A DNA stretch of 63,984 nucleotides, the filler included, from Lama guanicoe (lineage: Eukaryota): the NCBI GenBank assembly GCA_013239625.1. It is 81 parts of 77 records of this genome, joined end to end, with 100 filler letters (N's around TTAATTAATTAA, not from the genome) between each part and the next. Parts side by side here need not be neighbours in the genome. Positions count along the whole stretch, not along the records: positions 13,001 to 13,633 come from PNXV01024460.1; positions 13,734 to 14,703 come from PNXV01024462.1; positions 14,804 to 15,589 come from MU057024.1; positions 15,690 to 16,177 come from MU057025.1; positions 16,278 to 17,137 come from PNXV01024468.1; positions 17,238 to 17,711 come from PNXV01024469.1; positions 17,812 to 18,388 come from PNXV01024474.1; positions 18,489 to 19,426 come from PNXV01024476.1; 73 more parts are not named here. One strand, written 5' to 3'. This document shows, piece after piece, positions 12,901 through 25,225 of this stretch (positions are counted from its first letter, which is position 1; every line of letters starts with the position of its first letter). Below the pieces are notes generated by a model, which was given only the letters and a program-made list of their open reading frames with translations, did no database searches and was not told the origin of the DNA. The position numbers were made by a program, and so were the translations under genes.

Positions 12901-13809
12901 NNNNNNNNNNNNNNNNNNNNNNNNNNNNNNNNNNNNNNNNNNNNTTAATTAATTAANNNNNNNNNNNNNNNNNNNNNNNNNNNNNNNNNNNNNNNNNNNN
13001 GCATGGGAGGAAGGATTCCGTTACCCTTTCCTAGTTTTTTTTTTTTTTTCCTCCCTTGACATACTGGACTTTTTGCAAGGCAGCTCACAGTTAATGAACT
13101 TTGTGACATTTCCCTGACCCAAGTGATTAGCAGTTTCTCTGCATCTGCCTTTCGGGCGTCTCCTTCTCCAAACATCTGCAAATGCTGCTTTGTGTCTCTT
13201 CCTGAGACCATCAGTATTCAGTTTAGGTTTGCCACCCAGATGTTCTGAAATGAATCAAAACAGTGTACTCATTAAACTAACACCAAGATCAGTCTATAGT
13301 GTCAGTTAGAAATTCACTCTTGTTCTATTTTTATGCCAAATTAAGTCCAGCCATACTATTCATCAATCTATATCAACTGCAATGAACTCAAATAACTCAA
13401 ATAACATCAAGATACTTCAGTAAAAAAAAAGATGTACAAGTATATTTCAACAACAAAAAACTATGCCAAAATATAGAGATATGCTATAATTTAATACAAG
13501 TTTTCTATTACCTTTTAGAGAGAAATTCAAAGATTAAACCTCCTCGCAATGATATCAAAAATACAATGAATTAAAGTTCGAAATGAAATCCTCCTTTCCT
13601 AGTGAATTCATGATTAAAGTTCTCAAGTCTTAANNNNNNNNNNNNNNNNNNNNNNNNNNNNNNNNNNNNNNNNNNNNTTAATTAATTAANNNNNNNNNNN
13701 NNNNNNNNNNNNNNNNNNNNNNNNNNNNNNNNNTGCATCAGGAAATTGCTTATGGTAGCGGACAGCTGGAGACAACCTATACCTAGGGTATGAGGAATAA
13801 AATGGCCCA

Positions 13810-13960
13810 GGCAGGAGGGTGTAGCTCAGTGGTAGAATGCAAACCAAGCATGCACGAGGTCCTGGGTTCAATCCCCAGTACCTCCATTAAAAAATAAATA
13901 AATAAATAAGCCTAATTACCTCCCCCTCAAAAAAAAAAAACCCCAAAATAAAATAAAATG
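13810..13960 (+). mobile_element. Camelid tRNA-derived SINE (Vic-1-like), full length
   Basis: A box TAGCTCAGTGG, B box GGTTCAATCCC, (TAAA)n-CCTAATTACCTCCCCC tail, poly(A); apparent TSD AATAAAATGG on both sides. Confidence 0.92.
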
Positions 13961-14145
13961 GGCTGAATGCATCCTATGGAATACAAAGCAACTGTTGGAG
14001 GCAATGAACTGAGTATACAAAGATCAACATGGACAGATCTTTAAAACAGAGTAAGAAATAGAAGGATATTTACAGCACCATTCTATGTGTGAAAACTAAA
14101 AGCAAACATACAAAACACTAGTTAGGATCCACGCATTTAAATAAA

Positions 14146-14260
14146 TTTTGTTTGTATTTTGTTTGTTTGTTTGTTTTTTAAATGGAGGTACAGGGGATTG
14201 AACCCAGGAACTGGTGATGCTAAGTGTGTGCTCTACCACTGAGCTATTACCCTCCCCTCT
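14146..14260 (-). mobile_element. Camelid tRNA-derived SINE (short form)
   Basis: Reverse-strand A/B boxes; apparent TSD TCCAC(G/A)CATTT flanks both ends. Confidence 0.88.
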
Positions 14261-14803
14261 CCACACATTTTAAGGACATAGAACAAACACATTACAGCAA
14301 GTCCTCACTGAGGCAGGGAATGAGAGTGGAGATTGGAGATGAAGGGGGAATATATAAAACACAATAAAACCTGAGAAGGACCTTGTATGGGTCAATGATG
14401 ACAATATTCTATGAAGGAGGATGATTAACTCACTCTACTATGCTGTAAGGGCCAAAATTTAAAAATATATAATTAACTTTTAAATTTTACTGGCAAATTA
14501 TGGTATGTGAAACGGTTTCAAATGCCTTTAAGGATTGTCAGCTTGTAGTTAGAGCTGCAGCGCGGACTTGGTGTTCAGTGCGCCACATCTTGTTCACCCC
14601 GACTGTTTTGCAACAGACTCGTCAATCCAACTCAAAATGAATTTCAGTTTTGTTTGTGACTCACATTTCAGCCACTAATCCCTTCTCAAGTGCTTGAAAT
14701 ACANNNNNNNNNNNNNNNNNNNNNNNNNNNNNNNNNNNNNNNNNNNNTTAATTAATTAANNNNNNNNNNNNNNNNNNNNNNNNNNNNNNNNNNNNNNNNN
14801 NNN

Positions 14804-15589
14804 GCCCCGCTCGGAGGCGAGCCCCAGCCCCAGCCCCATCCCCAGGTGCCCGACCCCGTCCGGGTTCGCAGACCCCGCCCGCCCGGGACACAGCCCGCCC
14901 AGTGGTGGTGACGGGCCGGCGGCCAAGGAGAGGAAGCCTGGGAGGAGAGGACTCGCGGGCTGGAGAGGGGAAGCGGACGCCAGCCGCGGACTGAGGGGAT
15001 CCCGGCTGAGCCAAGAGGCGGCAGGGGCACACCTGGCCCTGGAAAGCTGTGGCCGGGGCGCCGGGGCAGGTGGCGCGGGCAGAGGAGCCTGGCCGGAGCT
15101 ATTCAGCAGAACACAGGCTGACTGGCGCCCTGGGGGACTGTGACAAGCCAACCGCCCTCCCGCAGCCGAATGACCCCTTTCCCGAGATCCCCCCACCTTG
15201 CACTTCCACAGCCAGAGGCCCCGGCCCCAGGCAGGAGCCAAAGGCCTACCGGGCGAAAGGGCTGTGAAGCCTTTGGGGCCGATCCTCCGCTNNNNNNNNN
15301 NNNNNNNNNNNNNNNNNGACTGCGCATGCGCAGGAGGGCCAACGATCCGCTCTGGATCCTGAGAGAGAAGGTGGGGAACCGAGGGAGGGAGAATAATGGA
15401 GGAGGAGGGGAGGAGGGGGAAAATGGAGGGAGACAGATGGACAGGAGGAGCAGAGAGAAGGCAGGTATCTGGAGTTGGGAGGGGAGTTGCAGAGATGGGG
15501 AGAAAACGTTTTACCTCTGGGGGCACCAAAAAGGAGGCATCAGTCCTGCCTATGCACCCTTCTTTAACCCTTCAATGCGCACAGCTCAT
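14804..15589. promoter_or_regulatory. CpG-island promoter-like region with NRF1-type site
   Basis: CpG-rich; perfect palindrome CTGCGCATGCGCAG at 15320-15333 contains the NRF1 consensus TGCGCATGCGCA; GC boxes. Confidence 0.65.
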
Positions 15590-16277
15590 NNNNNNNNNNN
15601 NNNNNNNNNNNNNNNNNNNNNNNNNNNNNNNNNTTAATTAATTAANNNNNNNNNNNNNNNNNNNNNNNNNNNNNNNNNNNNNNNNNNNNGGTGCTCTGTG
15701 ATTCTTGAACTTACCTAAGATCAGATTCTACTTTCTGGTTGTTGGTAAGTTGGAGGATAAGATGCTAGAGAATTGATAAAAAGAATGTCCAGACAAGCCC
15801 TGTGTGTGAGAGGCAAAGGGTACCCAAGTTCCACCTGTGAGAGCCCACCTAGCGGGCTCTGGATGAATTTTCTGTTCAAAGGGGCAAGGCATGTTGTGAC
15901 CATGATCTGTACTTGTCCACACAGGGCCCTGTGATCTACATGCCCGCACTCCCGTTCTGCTTCTTGGAGATGAGCTGGCATGTTTATGAGCCTGGACACT
16001 GCTGAAGGAATAGCTGCCAGCACTGTGCTACACTGAGGCTGGCTCTGTTCACCTCTCATGTCACCTCCTGCTGAGGCCTCAGGCATTACTCAAGGTAGGT
16101 ACATCAGTGCAACATAAGCAGCGACCATCTTCTCCCCATGGACAGGCTGGTGGGTGAGCAGTGGAAGCCTGGAGCCCNNNNNNNNNNNNNNNNNNNNNNN
16201 NNNNNNNNNNNNNNNNNNNNNTTAATTAATTAANNNNNNNNNNNNNNNNNNNNNNNNNNNNNNNNNNNNNNNNNNNN

Positions 16278-16395
16278 TTTCTTTGTATCATTTTCAATTT
16301 CCTTCATCAGTGTTTTACAGTTTTCAAGGTATAGGTAACCTCCTTAGTTAAGTTTATTTCTATGTATTTTGTTGTTTTTGATGCAATGGAAATGT
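16278..16395 (-). mobile_element. L1 ORF2 fragment
   Basis: Antisense L1 motif TTTCCTTCATCAGTGTTTTACAGTTTTCA...TTAAGTTTATTTCTA. Confidence 0.7.
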
Positions 16396-16454
16396 TTATG
16401 CCAATTATAAAATGGCAGTTTTTGAAGTGAAGAAAAAAGTGAATGAAAGGCTGC

Positions 16455-17010
16455 AAATGGCAAAATATCCTTCTTTATGGGTGAATTGCATTCTATTACA
16501 TATATATGTTACATCTTCTTTATCCATTCATCTATTGATGTGCATTTAGGAGGCTTCTTTATCTTGGCAATTATACATAATATTGCTGTTAGTAGCGGAG
16601 TTTATATATCTTTTTGAATTAATGTTTTTGTTTTTCTCAGATATATGCCCAGGATTAGAATTGCTGGGCCATATGGTGGTTCTATTTTTAGATTTTTGAG
16701 AAACCTCCAGATTTTTGAGAAACCTCCATATTGTTTCCCATAGTGGCTGCACCAACTTACATTCCCACCAACAGTGTACAAAGGTTCCCCTTTCTCCACA
16801 TCCTTGCTGACATTTGTTATTTGTGTTCTTCTTGATGATGGCCATTCAGGTGTGAGGTGATAGTGCATTGTGGTTTTGATTTGCATTTCCCTGATACTAG
16901 TGATGTTGAGCAACTTTTCATGTTCCTGTGAGCCATCTGCATCTCCTCTTTTGGAAAAATGTCTGCTCAGTTCTTCTGCCCATATTTTAAATAGGTTGTT
17001 TGTTTGCTTT
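16455..17010 (-). mobile_element. L1 ORF2 C-terminus/3' region, frameshifted
   Basis: ORFs [16 protein letters not shown] and [24 protein letters not shown] match the L1 ORF2 CCHC region; 19-bp tandem duplication near 16691-16728. Confidence 0.92.
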
Positions 17011-17237
17011 TTAATTAAAGTACAGTTGATTTCTTTTTAAAGTCATTTCTGCTACAACTAATAGCTTTAGGAAAACTGAGAAAATAGAATCCATTTAATA
17101 CTAAGCTCATATATGACAGAACTGGCAGGAAGATCCCNNNNNNNNNNNNNNNNNNNNNNNNNNNNNNNNNNNNNNNNNNNNTTAATTAATTAANNNNNNN
17201 NNNNNNNNNNNNNNNNNNNNNNNNNNNNNNNNNNNNN

Positions 17238-17711
17238 GATTATAGAATACAGAATACTGAATATAGAATTTAGAAAATTGAATGTATAACACAAAATTCT
17301 GAATATAGTCTAAAGAATACAGAATATAGAATTAAGAATATAGAATGTAGAACACAGAATATAGAATATAGAATAGAGAATATAGAAACCAGAATTTAGA
17401 ACATGGAATTTACAACACAGAATTTAGAATATATAATACAGAATAATGAATATAGAAATTAGAATATAGAATGTAGAACACAGAATATAGAATACAGAAT
17501 ACGGAATACAGAATGGTGAATACATAATATAGAATGTAGAACACAGAATTTAGAATATGGAAAACAGAATATAGAACCCAGAATTTAGAACATGGAATGC
17601 AGAACAGAACAGAGAATTTATAGAGTACAGACTACCGAATATATAATTTAGAATATAGAATTTAGAACACAGAGTTTAGAAACTAGAATACAGAATACTG
17701 AATATAGAAAT
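17238..17711 (+). repeat. 7-bp-unit AGAATAT satellite
   Basis: Tandem AGAANNN heptamers. Confidence 0.95.
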
Positions 17712-17811
17712 NNNNNNNNNNNNNNNNNNNNNNNNNNNNNNNNNNNNNNNNNNNNTTAATTAATTAANNNNNNNNNNNNNNNNNNNNNNNNNNNNNNNNN
17801 NNNNNNNNNNN

Positions 17812-18388
17812 TTTTTTATAAAAATATTCCTAAGAAATTCACTTTAAATAGAATGTAACTGAACATAATATAAGACATATATTAAAAACCCATGACTAAC
17901 GTCACGTTCAATGTTAACTTACAGGAAGGTTTTCCTCTGGTCCAGTAATAAGAAAAGGTAGCTCATTCTCACAGGTACTAAATTACACTACTTGAAGCCC
18001 TAGCCAGAACAACTAGTCAAGAAAAAATATAAAAGGCATCCAACTTGTAAAAAAGCAGTAAAATTTTTACAGATGACATAATTATGCATAGATAGAAAAT
18101 CCATATTCTCCTCCAGTGACTGTTGCAAATAATGAACAAACTTAGTAAACTTACAGAATAGAAAATCAATATGCAAATATCCATTGCATTTTTATATAAT
18201 AACAACAAATTATCAGAAAGAGAAATTAGGAAAACAATTGTGTGCATATTTATACCAAAAGGGATAAACTAGGAATACATTTGATTAGTGAAATAAAAGA
18301 TCTAAACATTGATCTATAAATTACAGGTGCCAGAAATATAAGTAACCAAAATAAATAGAAAGATATTCTCTGCTTATGGACTGTATAC
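17812..18388 (+). mobile_element. Degenerate L1 ORF2 (RT region)
   Basis: TTTACAGATGACATAATT (FADDMI-like), AAAATCAATATGCAAATATCCATTGCATTT; many stops. Confidence 0.85.
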
Positions 18389-18488
18389 NNNNNNNNNNNN
18401 NNNNNNNNNNNNNNNNNNNNNNNNNNNNNNNNTTAATTAATTAANNNNNNNNNNNNNNNNNNNNNNNNNNNNNNNNNNNNNNNNNNNN

Positions 18489-18622
18489 TCTCTAAATTTT
18501 GCTAGGTAGTTGGGGGAAGATCAAAGTTTCTCCCTGAATCTTTTGGGCCTTAATAGTTTTCAGATCAAAATTATCAACATGCCAAAGAGACTTTTTGGCG
18601 TGGCAAGTTTTGATCCTTTACA
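18489..18622 (-). mobile_element. ERV LTR terminal fragment
   Basis: Minus strand starts TGTAAAGGATCAAAACTTGCCACGCC, resembling an ERV1 LTR start. Confidence 0.45.
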
Positions 18623-18741
18623 CATCCTTGCTCATAACCAATGAGTGTTAACCATCCAACATAGCAAATTCAGTGTTAGGCACTGAGGATTCAAGAATAC
18701 GGAAGATGGAGTTTTTAATCACAAGAAAGTATCTATCTGGG

Positions 18742-19426
18742 TTCTGTGAAAGACAAATACTGTATGATTTAACTTATATGCTGAAACTAAAAATTCTGAA
18801 CTTATAGAAACAACGGGTAGAATGGTGGTTGCCAGAAGTTGGGGTCAACAGTTGACTGAAGAAAAATGCACAACCTAAAAGTTGTAAGTTATATTTTATT
18901 TGGGGACCTTACTGAGGTCTATAGCTTGGGAGAGAGCCTTTCAGATAGCTCTGAGGAACTGGTCCTAAGTGGTAAGTGAGGAGCCAGGATATATAGCAGT
19001 TTTGTTGAAAAAAAAAAATGTAGTTGAATATCAAATGATTACTACCAATCACTAACAACAGATATCTCAAGTTAATGATTTTAGTGCTTTTCTATGTATG
19101 AGAAAATGCTAGATTCTTGGCTCATTGAAATTATAAACTATCTAGGGTCAATATTCTGTTTTTCTCTCCTCTCAGGGAGCACCATCTGGGGCAGCTACAG
19201 TGGCTGCTGGCTTGATTGGGGTGAGCAATGTTCTTTGTTTATTAAAATGGCAGGCAACATTTTTTTCCAGCAAAGAAATGGGGAAATGTTCGAAAGATGC
19301 AAACTTCCAGTTATAAGATAAATAAGTTCTGGGTATCTAACGTACAAAATGGTGACTCTAGTTAATTCTGTATTATATGCTTGAAAATTGCCAAGAGAAT
19401 AGATCTTAAATGTTAACACACACACA
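18742..19426 (+). mobile_element. L1MA9-like 3' end interrupted by an LTR
   Basis: GAAAGACAAATACTGTATGATT...GAATGGTGGTTGCCAG, resuming at ~19273 with AAACTTCCAGTTATAAGATAAATAAGTTCTGGG...GATCTTAAATGTT. Confidence 0.8.
18850..19272 (-). mobile_element. Solo ERV1-type LTR
   Basis: Related to 11313-11683; splits the L1 3' end. Confidence 0.7.
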
Positions 19427-20339
19427 NNNNNNNNNNNNNNNNNNNNNNNNNNNNNNNNNNNNNNNNNNNNTTAATTAATTAANNNNNNNNNNNNNNNNNN
19501 NNNNNNNNNNNNNNNNNNNNNNNNNNGCTTAGGGTAATCAGGCTTTTAATGTGTCAGCTCAAAAGTTCCAGAAAAAGAGATCCAGGTGGAAGGAAGTTGC
19601 TTTTCCTTTTTCTTAGAGTCAGAAGTTATACAATGTAACTTCTGACACATTATATTCATTAGAAGTGAGTCAATAAACCAGTCCATATTCCAAAGACTCA
19701 TATATCTTGTGAGAATTTGAGAACATGTTTGAAACAACCTCAATGTGCCTAATTTCAGGAATGGTAAATGACACATTTTGATAGAAATTTCCACAAAGTA
19801 GAAGAATAGATAACCAAAAAAAAAAAAAGGGGGGTGAATATGTTTGTTACAACCATGTAAGATATAAATACATAATAATCACAATCAATTTTAGTTTTAA
19901 TAGCCCAATATGCTATAGATATTTTCTTATTAATTATAATTTGCTATTACAGTTCTAATAAAGTTAACAATTATTTATATCATCTCTGAATTATCACTAA
20001 GCCTTGTTCATTGTTAGACATTTTAATAATTTTAATCAATCTCTATTTATGAGTATTAATTTTCATTTTTCTATCAATTGGTTAAAATAGATCTTTATGA
20101 TTTTTTTTTAGGCAAAGTAAACAGCTTCAAATTCTTCTTGAGTCCTGTTTAAGTGGATTTTGTCTTGAAAAGGAATATCTGATCATAAGATTTATTTTCA
20201 AAATTAAACTATGGATGATGCTGTGAGTTTGTTTTTTCTNNNNNNNNNNNNNNNNNNNNNNNNNNNNNNNNNNNNNNNNNNNNTTAATTAATTAANNNNN
20301 NNNNNNNNNNNNNNNNNNNNNNNNNNNNNNNNNNNNNNN

Positions 20340-21037
20340 CGTGATATAACCAAATCCCATACCACCCCGGGTGGGCGACCCCCAAACTGGAGGAAAATTA
20401 CAAGGCGGATGCGAGCTTCGAGCCCCACATCAGCTTCCGTAGTTCGGGGGCCCAGCACCAGGAAGACGAGCCCTCAGACCGTTCGGCTTTGAAGGCCAGC
20501 AGGCCGTTCCTGCGGGAGCCCCTCGTGGCTGGGGGAGACAGAGACTCCACTCTTACAGGGCGCACACAAAACCTCACGCCCGCCAGGACCCAGGGCAAAA
20601 GCAGTAACCTGATAGAAGCGTGGGTCAGATCTACCTGCTGGTCCTGNNNNNNNNNNNNNNNNNNNNNNNNNNNNNCCCTGGGGGCACAGACACTGGTGGC
20701 AGACATACTGGGGAACATTCAACCCCAGGAGCACTCCTGGCAGCTGACATAGTGGATCATTAGCGCCAAGATCTGGCACCAACCAACAGCCTCCAGTAGG
20801 CTCCAGTACCGGGACACCTCATGCAAAACAACTTCCCAGGCGGGAACACAGCCCCACCCATCAGCACACAGGCTGCCTTGGACTTCTAAGGCCCACAGCT
20901 GCCTCTAGACACGCCCCTAGGCATGGCCCTGGCCACCTCAGGGCAGAGACCCAGTTCCACCTACCAGAGGGCAGTACCAGCCCTCCCTCCAGGAAGCCTG
21001 CTCAAGCCTCTAGAACAGTGTCACGCCCCAGGGGGCA
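20340..21037 (+). mobile_element. L1 5' UTR-like fragment (L1M2-type)
   Basis: GGGTGGGCGACCCCCAAACTGGAG, GGCTTTGAAGGCCAGCAGG and ACAGCCCCACCCATCAGCA resemble laurasiatherian L1 5' ends. Confidence 0.65.
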
Positions 21038-21137
21038 NNNNNNNNNNNNNNNNNNNNNNNNNNNNNNNNNNNNNNNNNNNNTTAATTAATTAANNNNNNN
21101 NNNNNNNNNNNNNNNNNNNNNNNNNNNNNNNNNNNNN

Positions 21138-22331
21138 CTTGTCAGTGTTGGGGGAGGGGCTGCATCCGACGAGAGGTTCCTAAAATAAATGTGATTCTAC
21201 CCACTTGCGTCCCATGGACCTTTCTTCTTCCCTCTTTCCTTTTGTTCAGATCTGTATGCACAGAACCACTGGAGGGAACTGGGTCCCTTTTCAGTTGATG
21301 GTTTCNNNNNNNNNNNNNNNNNNNNNNNNNNNNNNNNNNNNNNNNNNNNNNNNNNNNNNNNNNNNNNNNNNNNNNNNNNNNNNNNNNNNNNNNNNNNNNN
21401 NNNNNNNNNNNNNNNNNNNNNNNNNNNNNNNNNNNNNNNNNNNNNNNNNNNNNNNNNNNNNNNNNNNNNNNNNNNNNNNNNNNNNNNNNNNNNNNNNNNN
21501 NNNNNNNNNNNNNNNNNNNNNNNNNNNNNNNNNNNNNNNNNNNNNNNNNNNNNNNNNNNNNNNNNNNNNNNNNNNNNNNNNNNNNNNNNNNNNNNNNNNN
21601 NNNNNNNNNNNNNNNNNNNNNNNNNNNNNNNNNNNNNNNNNNNNNNNNNNNNNNNNNNNNNNNNNNNNNNNNGCTCTTATGAATCAATATTTACGAATAT
21701 GAATGCACGCCTCTGATTTCCGAATACAAGTGCGCTGAGTACATGCAAGCCGCGATACTAAGTCGATGGGTGCTGAATGACCCTTGACATCACCTTGGGT
21801 ATTTTCTTTGGAATAATCATTTTTCCCTTAGTAAATTTCAGCCATCCATAAACTTTTGGTGCTTGTTCGTTTGTTTGATTCTTTGTTGGTCTGCTTCTCG
21901 CTAATTTGGCAAACACGTCAGGCTATGAATATTTCCTTTCGCTTCAAACAGAGAGTCAAATAAGCTGATTCACTTAAGAGAGTGCTTCCAATCACCTATG
22001 ATTTCCTGCTTCCCTCTCCCACCTCCCAGGGATTTGATGACCACAATGCCTTCTTCTTGTTTCTACTTTGCCACTCATGCTCTTCTTGCATTTCCAATAA
22101 TGGTTTCTTCTTTCCATTTCATCTTACTGCTTTTCTATTCAGGGTAGATTTCTCAACCATTCTTCTAGGATAATTTTGAACTGCTGAATTCTTTTAAGAT
22201 TTGCTGTTCTGTGGAATTCTCTAGATCTGCCGTTATTAGAAATGGTGGTCATGTGGCATAGTCTACCCTAGGTGGTAGCTTCTGGCCATTCAGGTTATGG
22301 TCTGTGTCCTGGCACTCCTCCCTGTCCTGCA
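21138..22331 (-). repeat. Copy of decayed-L1-derived long repeat (ORF1 end to EN-like part)
   Basis: ~21940-22331 is the reverse complement of ~56965-57350; 21673-21713 of 25411-25451; ~21860-21930 of 25226-25295. Confidence 0.85.
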
Positions 22332-22431
22332 NNNNNNNNNNNNNNNNNNNNNNNNNNNNNNNNNNNNNNNNNNNNTTAATTAATTAANNNNNNNNNNNNN
22401 NNNNNNNNNNNNNNNNNNNNNNNNNNNNNNN

Positions 22432-23159
22432 TTTGTTTACAGTGAGGAACACACTACATAAATATACATGGGCAGGTACATTTTCCAACTAGGTTTTACA
22501 GTGAAAATATCATGAAGTTCAAACCGAAAATATTAAAAATACTGCGAAACCAGAGTATGAGTTTCTAGTGGCACCAACTCTTTTGATGCTATATGAACAA
22601 ATGTCTCTCCACTTGCTCAGTACTGAGAGTTCAGACTGTGTGGAAGCCATCAAAAAAATAGCTTAAAGGGAACACAGACTCATTCAGTGGGAAAACAATC
22701 TACATACATAAATAGGGGGGTAATAGCTCAACTCGGTTTTACAGTGAAAATTGCAAGTTGACACTAAAAAACATACTGAGAAACCAGAGTAAGTGAATCT
22801 ACTGCAATCCATTCACTTTCGGTTAGATGAAAGGATGACTGTTCACATACTGAACTCTGACAATAAAGTTTGTGTGCAATCCGTGAATCACCTAGCTTGT
22901 TGTGAACACATAGTTTTAGGAAAAAAACTATATACATATATATGGGGAGGTAATAGCTCGAAGTCGATTTAACAGTGAAAACTGCATGAACGTCAAAGCA
23001 GCACTTGGAAACATAATGAGAAACAAGAGTAAGTGTTATAACTGACAACCATTCACTTAATGATAGATAGAATAACGACACTACACATACCCAAATATGA
23101 CAGAGAAGTATGTGTGAAATCCAACAATCACCAAGCATTTTGGGAAAACAAAGATTCTT
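22432..23159 (+). repeat. Diverged monomers of the ~249-bp satellite
   Basis: GTGAAAA (of ACAGTGAAAA) at 22501, 22744, 22975 (periods 243, 231); retains GAAACCAGAGTA and CACCTAGCTTG. Confidence 0.85.
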
Positions 23160-23259
23160 NNNNNNNNNNNNNNNNNNNNNNNNNNNNNNNNNNNNNNNNN
23201 NNNTTAATTAATTAANNNNNNNNNNNNNNNNNNNNNNNNNNNNNNNNNNNNNNNNNNNN

Positions 23260-23793
23260 AACGTTTTCTCCCATTTGCATGTTCATCTTTACATTTTGTT
23301 TATTTTGCGTGTAGTAGCTTTTAAGTTTAATTAGGACCGTTTTGTTTATTTTGCTTTTATTCTTTTCAGCTTTGGAGAGTGACATCAGAAAATTTTGCTA
23401 CAATTAATGTCTTGTTTTGCCTATATTAGGTTCCAGGGGTTTTATTGTGTCATGTATTAGATTCAGATATTTAAGTCATTTTGTGTTTATTTTTGTACAG
23501 TGTGAGGGAGTGTTCTAATTTCATTGATTTATATGTAGCTGTCTAGCTTTCTCAACATCACTTGCTGGATACTGTCTTTAAGGCATTGACATTGTATATT
23601 TTTGTTTCCTTGTCATAGTTAATTGACCATAGGTGTGATATTTTATTTCTGCCTCTGTGTTCTGTTCCAGTGATATAGATGTTTGTTTGTTTTCCAGCAG
23701 TGTTCTGTTTTGTTTACTGTATTTTTGTAATATAATATGAAATGTGGGAGGGTTATGGGTTATGCCTTCAACTTTGCTCTTTTTCCTCATTGT
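23260..23793 (-). mobile_element. Degenerate L1 ORF2 fragment
   Basis: Antisense L1 motifs (GTTCTAATTTCATTGATTTATATGTAGCTGTC); ORF RKKSKVEGIT. Confidence 0.85.
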
Positions 23794-24315
23794 NNNNNNN
23801 NNNNNNNNNNNNNNNNNNNNNNNNNNNNNNNNNNNNNTTAATTAATTAANNNNNNNNNNNNNNNNNNNNNNNNNNNNNNNNNNNNNNNNNNNNGGAGGAG
23901 GAGGTGGAGGAGGATTATTACAATAATCCTCAAGATTCTGTCAAATTTCCAAAATAATATTTAATTAAACTACTTCATACGCAACTGTTAACAAAGAAAG
24001 TAATTGCTGCCAGTCTTCCAGATAGCCTGCAATGAATTCAAGAGTTGAATTATGGAGAATTAACTGGATAAATCNNNNNNNNNNNNNNNNNNNNNNNNNN
24101 NNNNNNNNNNNNNNNNNNNNNNNNNNNNNNNNNNNNNNNNNNNNNNNNNNNNNNNNNNNNNNNNNNNNNNNNNNNNNNNNNNNNNNNNNNNNNNNNNNNN
24201 NNNNNNNNNNNNNNNNNNNNNNNNNNNNNNNNNNNNNNNNNNNNNNNNNNNNNNNNNNNNNNNNNNNNNNNNNNNNNNNNNNNNNNNNNNNNNNNNNNNN
24301 NNNNNNNNNNNNNNA

Positions 24316-24724
24316 GGAGGAGGTGGAGAAGGAGGAGGATGTGGAGAAGGAGGATGTGGAGGAGGAGGTGGAAGAGGAGGAGGAGGTGGAGGAGGATATG
24401 GAGGAGGAGGAGGAGGAGGATGTGGAGGAGGAGAATGTGGAGGAGGAGGTGGAGGAGGAGGAGGAGGTGGAGGAGTAGGTGGAGGAGGTGGAGGAGGAGG
24501 TGGAGGAGGATGAGGTGGAGGTGGACGAGGAAGAGGAGGTGGAGGTGGAGGAGTTGGAGGTGGAGAAGGAGGAGTAGGTGGAGGAGGAGGAGGTGGAGGA
24601 GGAGGTGGAGGAGGAGGAGGTGGAGGAGGAGGAGGAGGAGGAGGTGGTGGAGGAGGAGGCGGAGGAGGGGGAGGAGGAGGAGGAGGTGGAGGAGGAGGTG
24701 GAGGAGGAGGAGGTTGAGGAGGAG
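24316..24724 (+). repeat. (GAG)n/(GTG) purine-rich low-complexity repeat
   Basis: GAG triplets with GTG/GAT/TAG interruptions; also 23894-23913. Confidence 0.92.
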
Positions 24725-24825
24725 GNNNNNNNNNNNNNNNNNNNNNNNNNNNNNNNNNNNNNNNNNNNNTTAATTAATTAANNNNNNNNNNNNNNNNNNN
24801 NNNNNNNNNNNNNNNNNNNNNNNNN

Positions 24826-24954
24826 GAGGAGAAGGAGGAGGAGGTGGAGGAGAAGGAGGAGGTGGAGGAGGAGTTGGTGGAGGAGGAGTAGGTGGAGGTG
24901 GAGAAGGATGTGGAGAAGGAGGAGGAGGTGGAGAAGGAGGAGCTGGAGGTGGAG
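24826..24954 (+). repeat. (GAG)n/(GTG) low-complexity repeat
   Basis: Same motif set as 24316-24724 on a separate scaffold. Confidence 0.9.
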
Positions 24955-25125
24955 TTTCAACAATTTGTTGCCCTGTATGTGATCTCTATGGAAACTAGGC
25001 CTGTTCCTTGAAGTTTTGCTATAAACCACCCCCTGCCCACACCTCCCGTCCTCAGAAGGCTCACAGTCTTGGAAGCATTAGCCCACTTGTCTCCTTTGTC
25101 CAACAAAGAAATAAAGCTGCCTCTT
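24955..25125 (+). mobile_element. LTR U3/R fragment
   Basis: TATAAA at 25020 and AATAAA at 25110 with LTR-like intervening sequence. Confidence 0.55.
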
Positions 25126-25225
25126 NNNNNNNNNNNNNNNNNNNNNNNNNNNNNNNNNNNNNNNNNNNNTTAATTAATTAANNNNNNNNNNNNNNNNNNN
25201 NNNNNNNNNNNNNNNNNNNNNNNNN

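Noticed and set aside
13810..13885. tRNA gene
   Set aside because: tRNA-like head continues into a SINE tail with poly(A) and TSD; three dispersed diverged copies.
24032..24781. Poly-Glu or Arg/Trp ORFs (RPGR-ORF15-like or protamine-like)
   Set aside because: Translations of a GAG/GTG repeat; in-frame TAGs in the Glu frame; no unique coding context.
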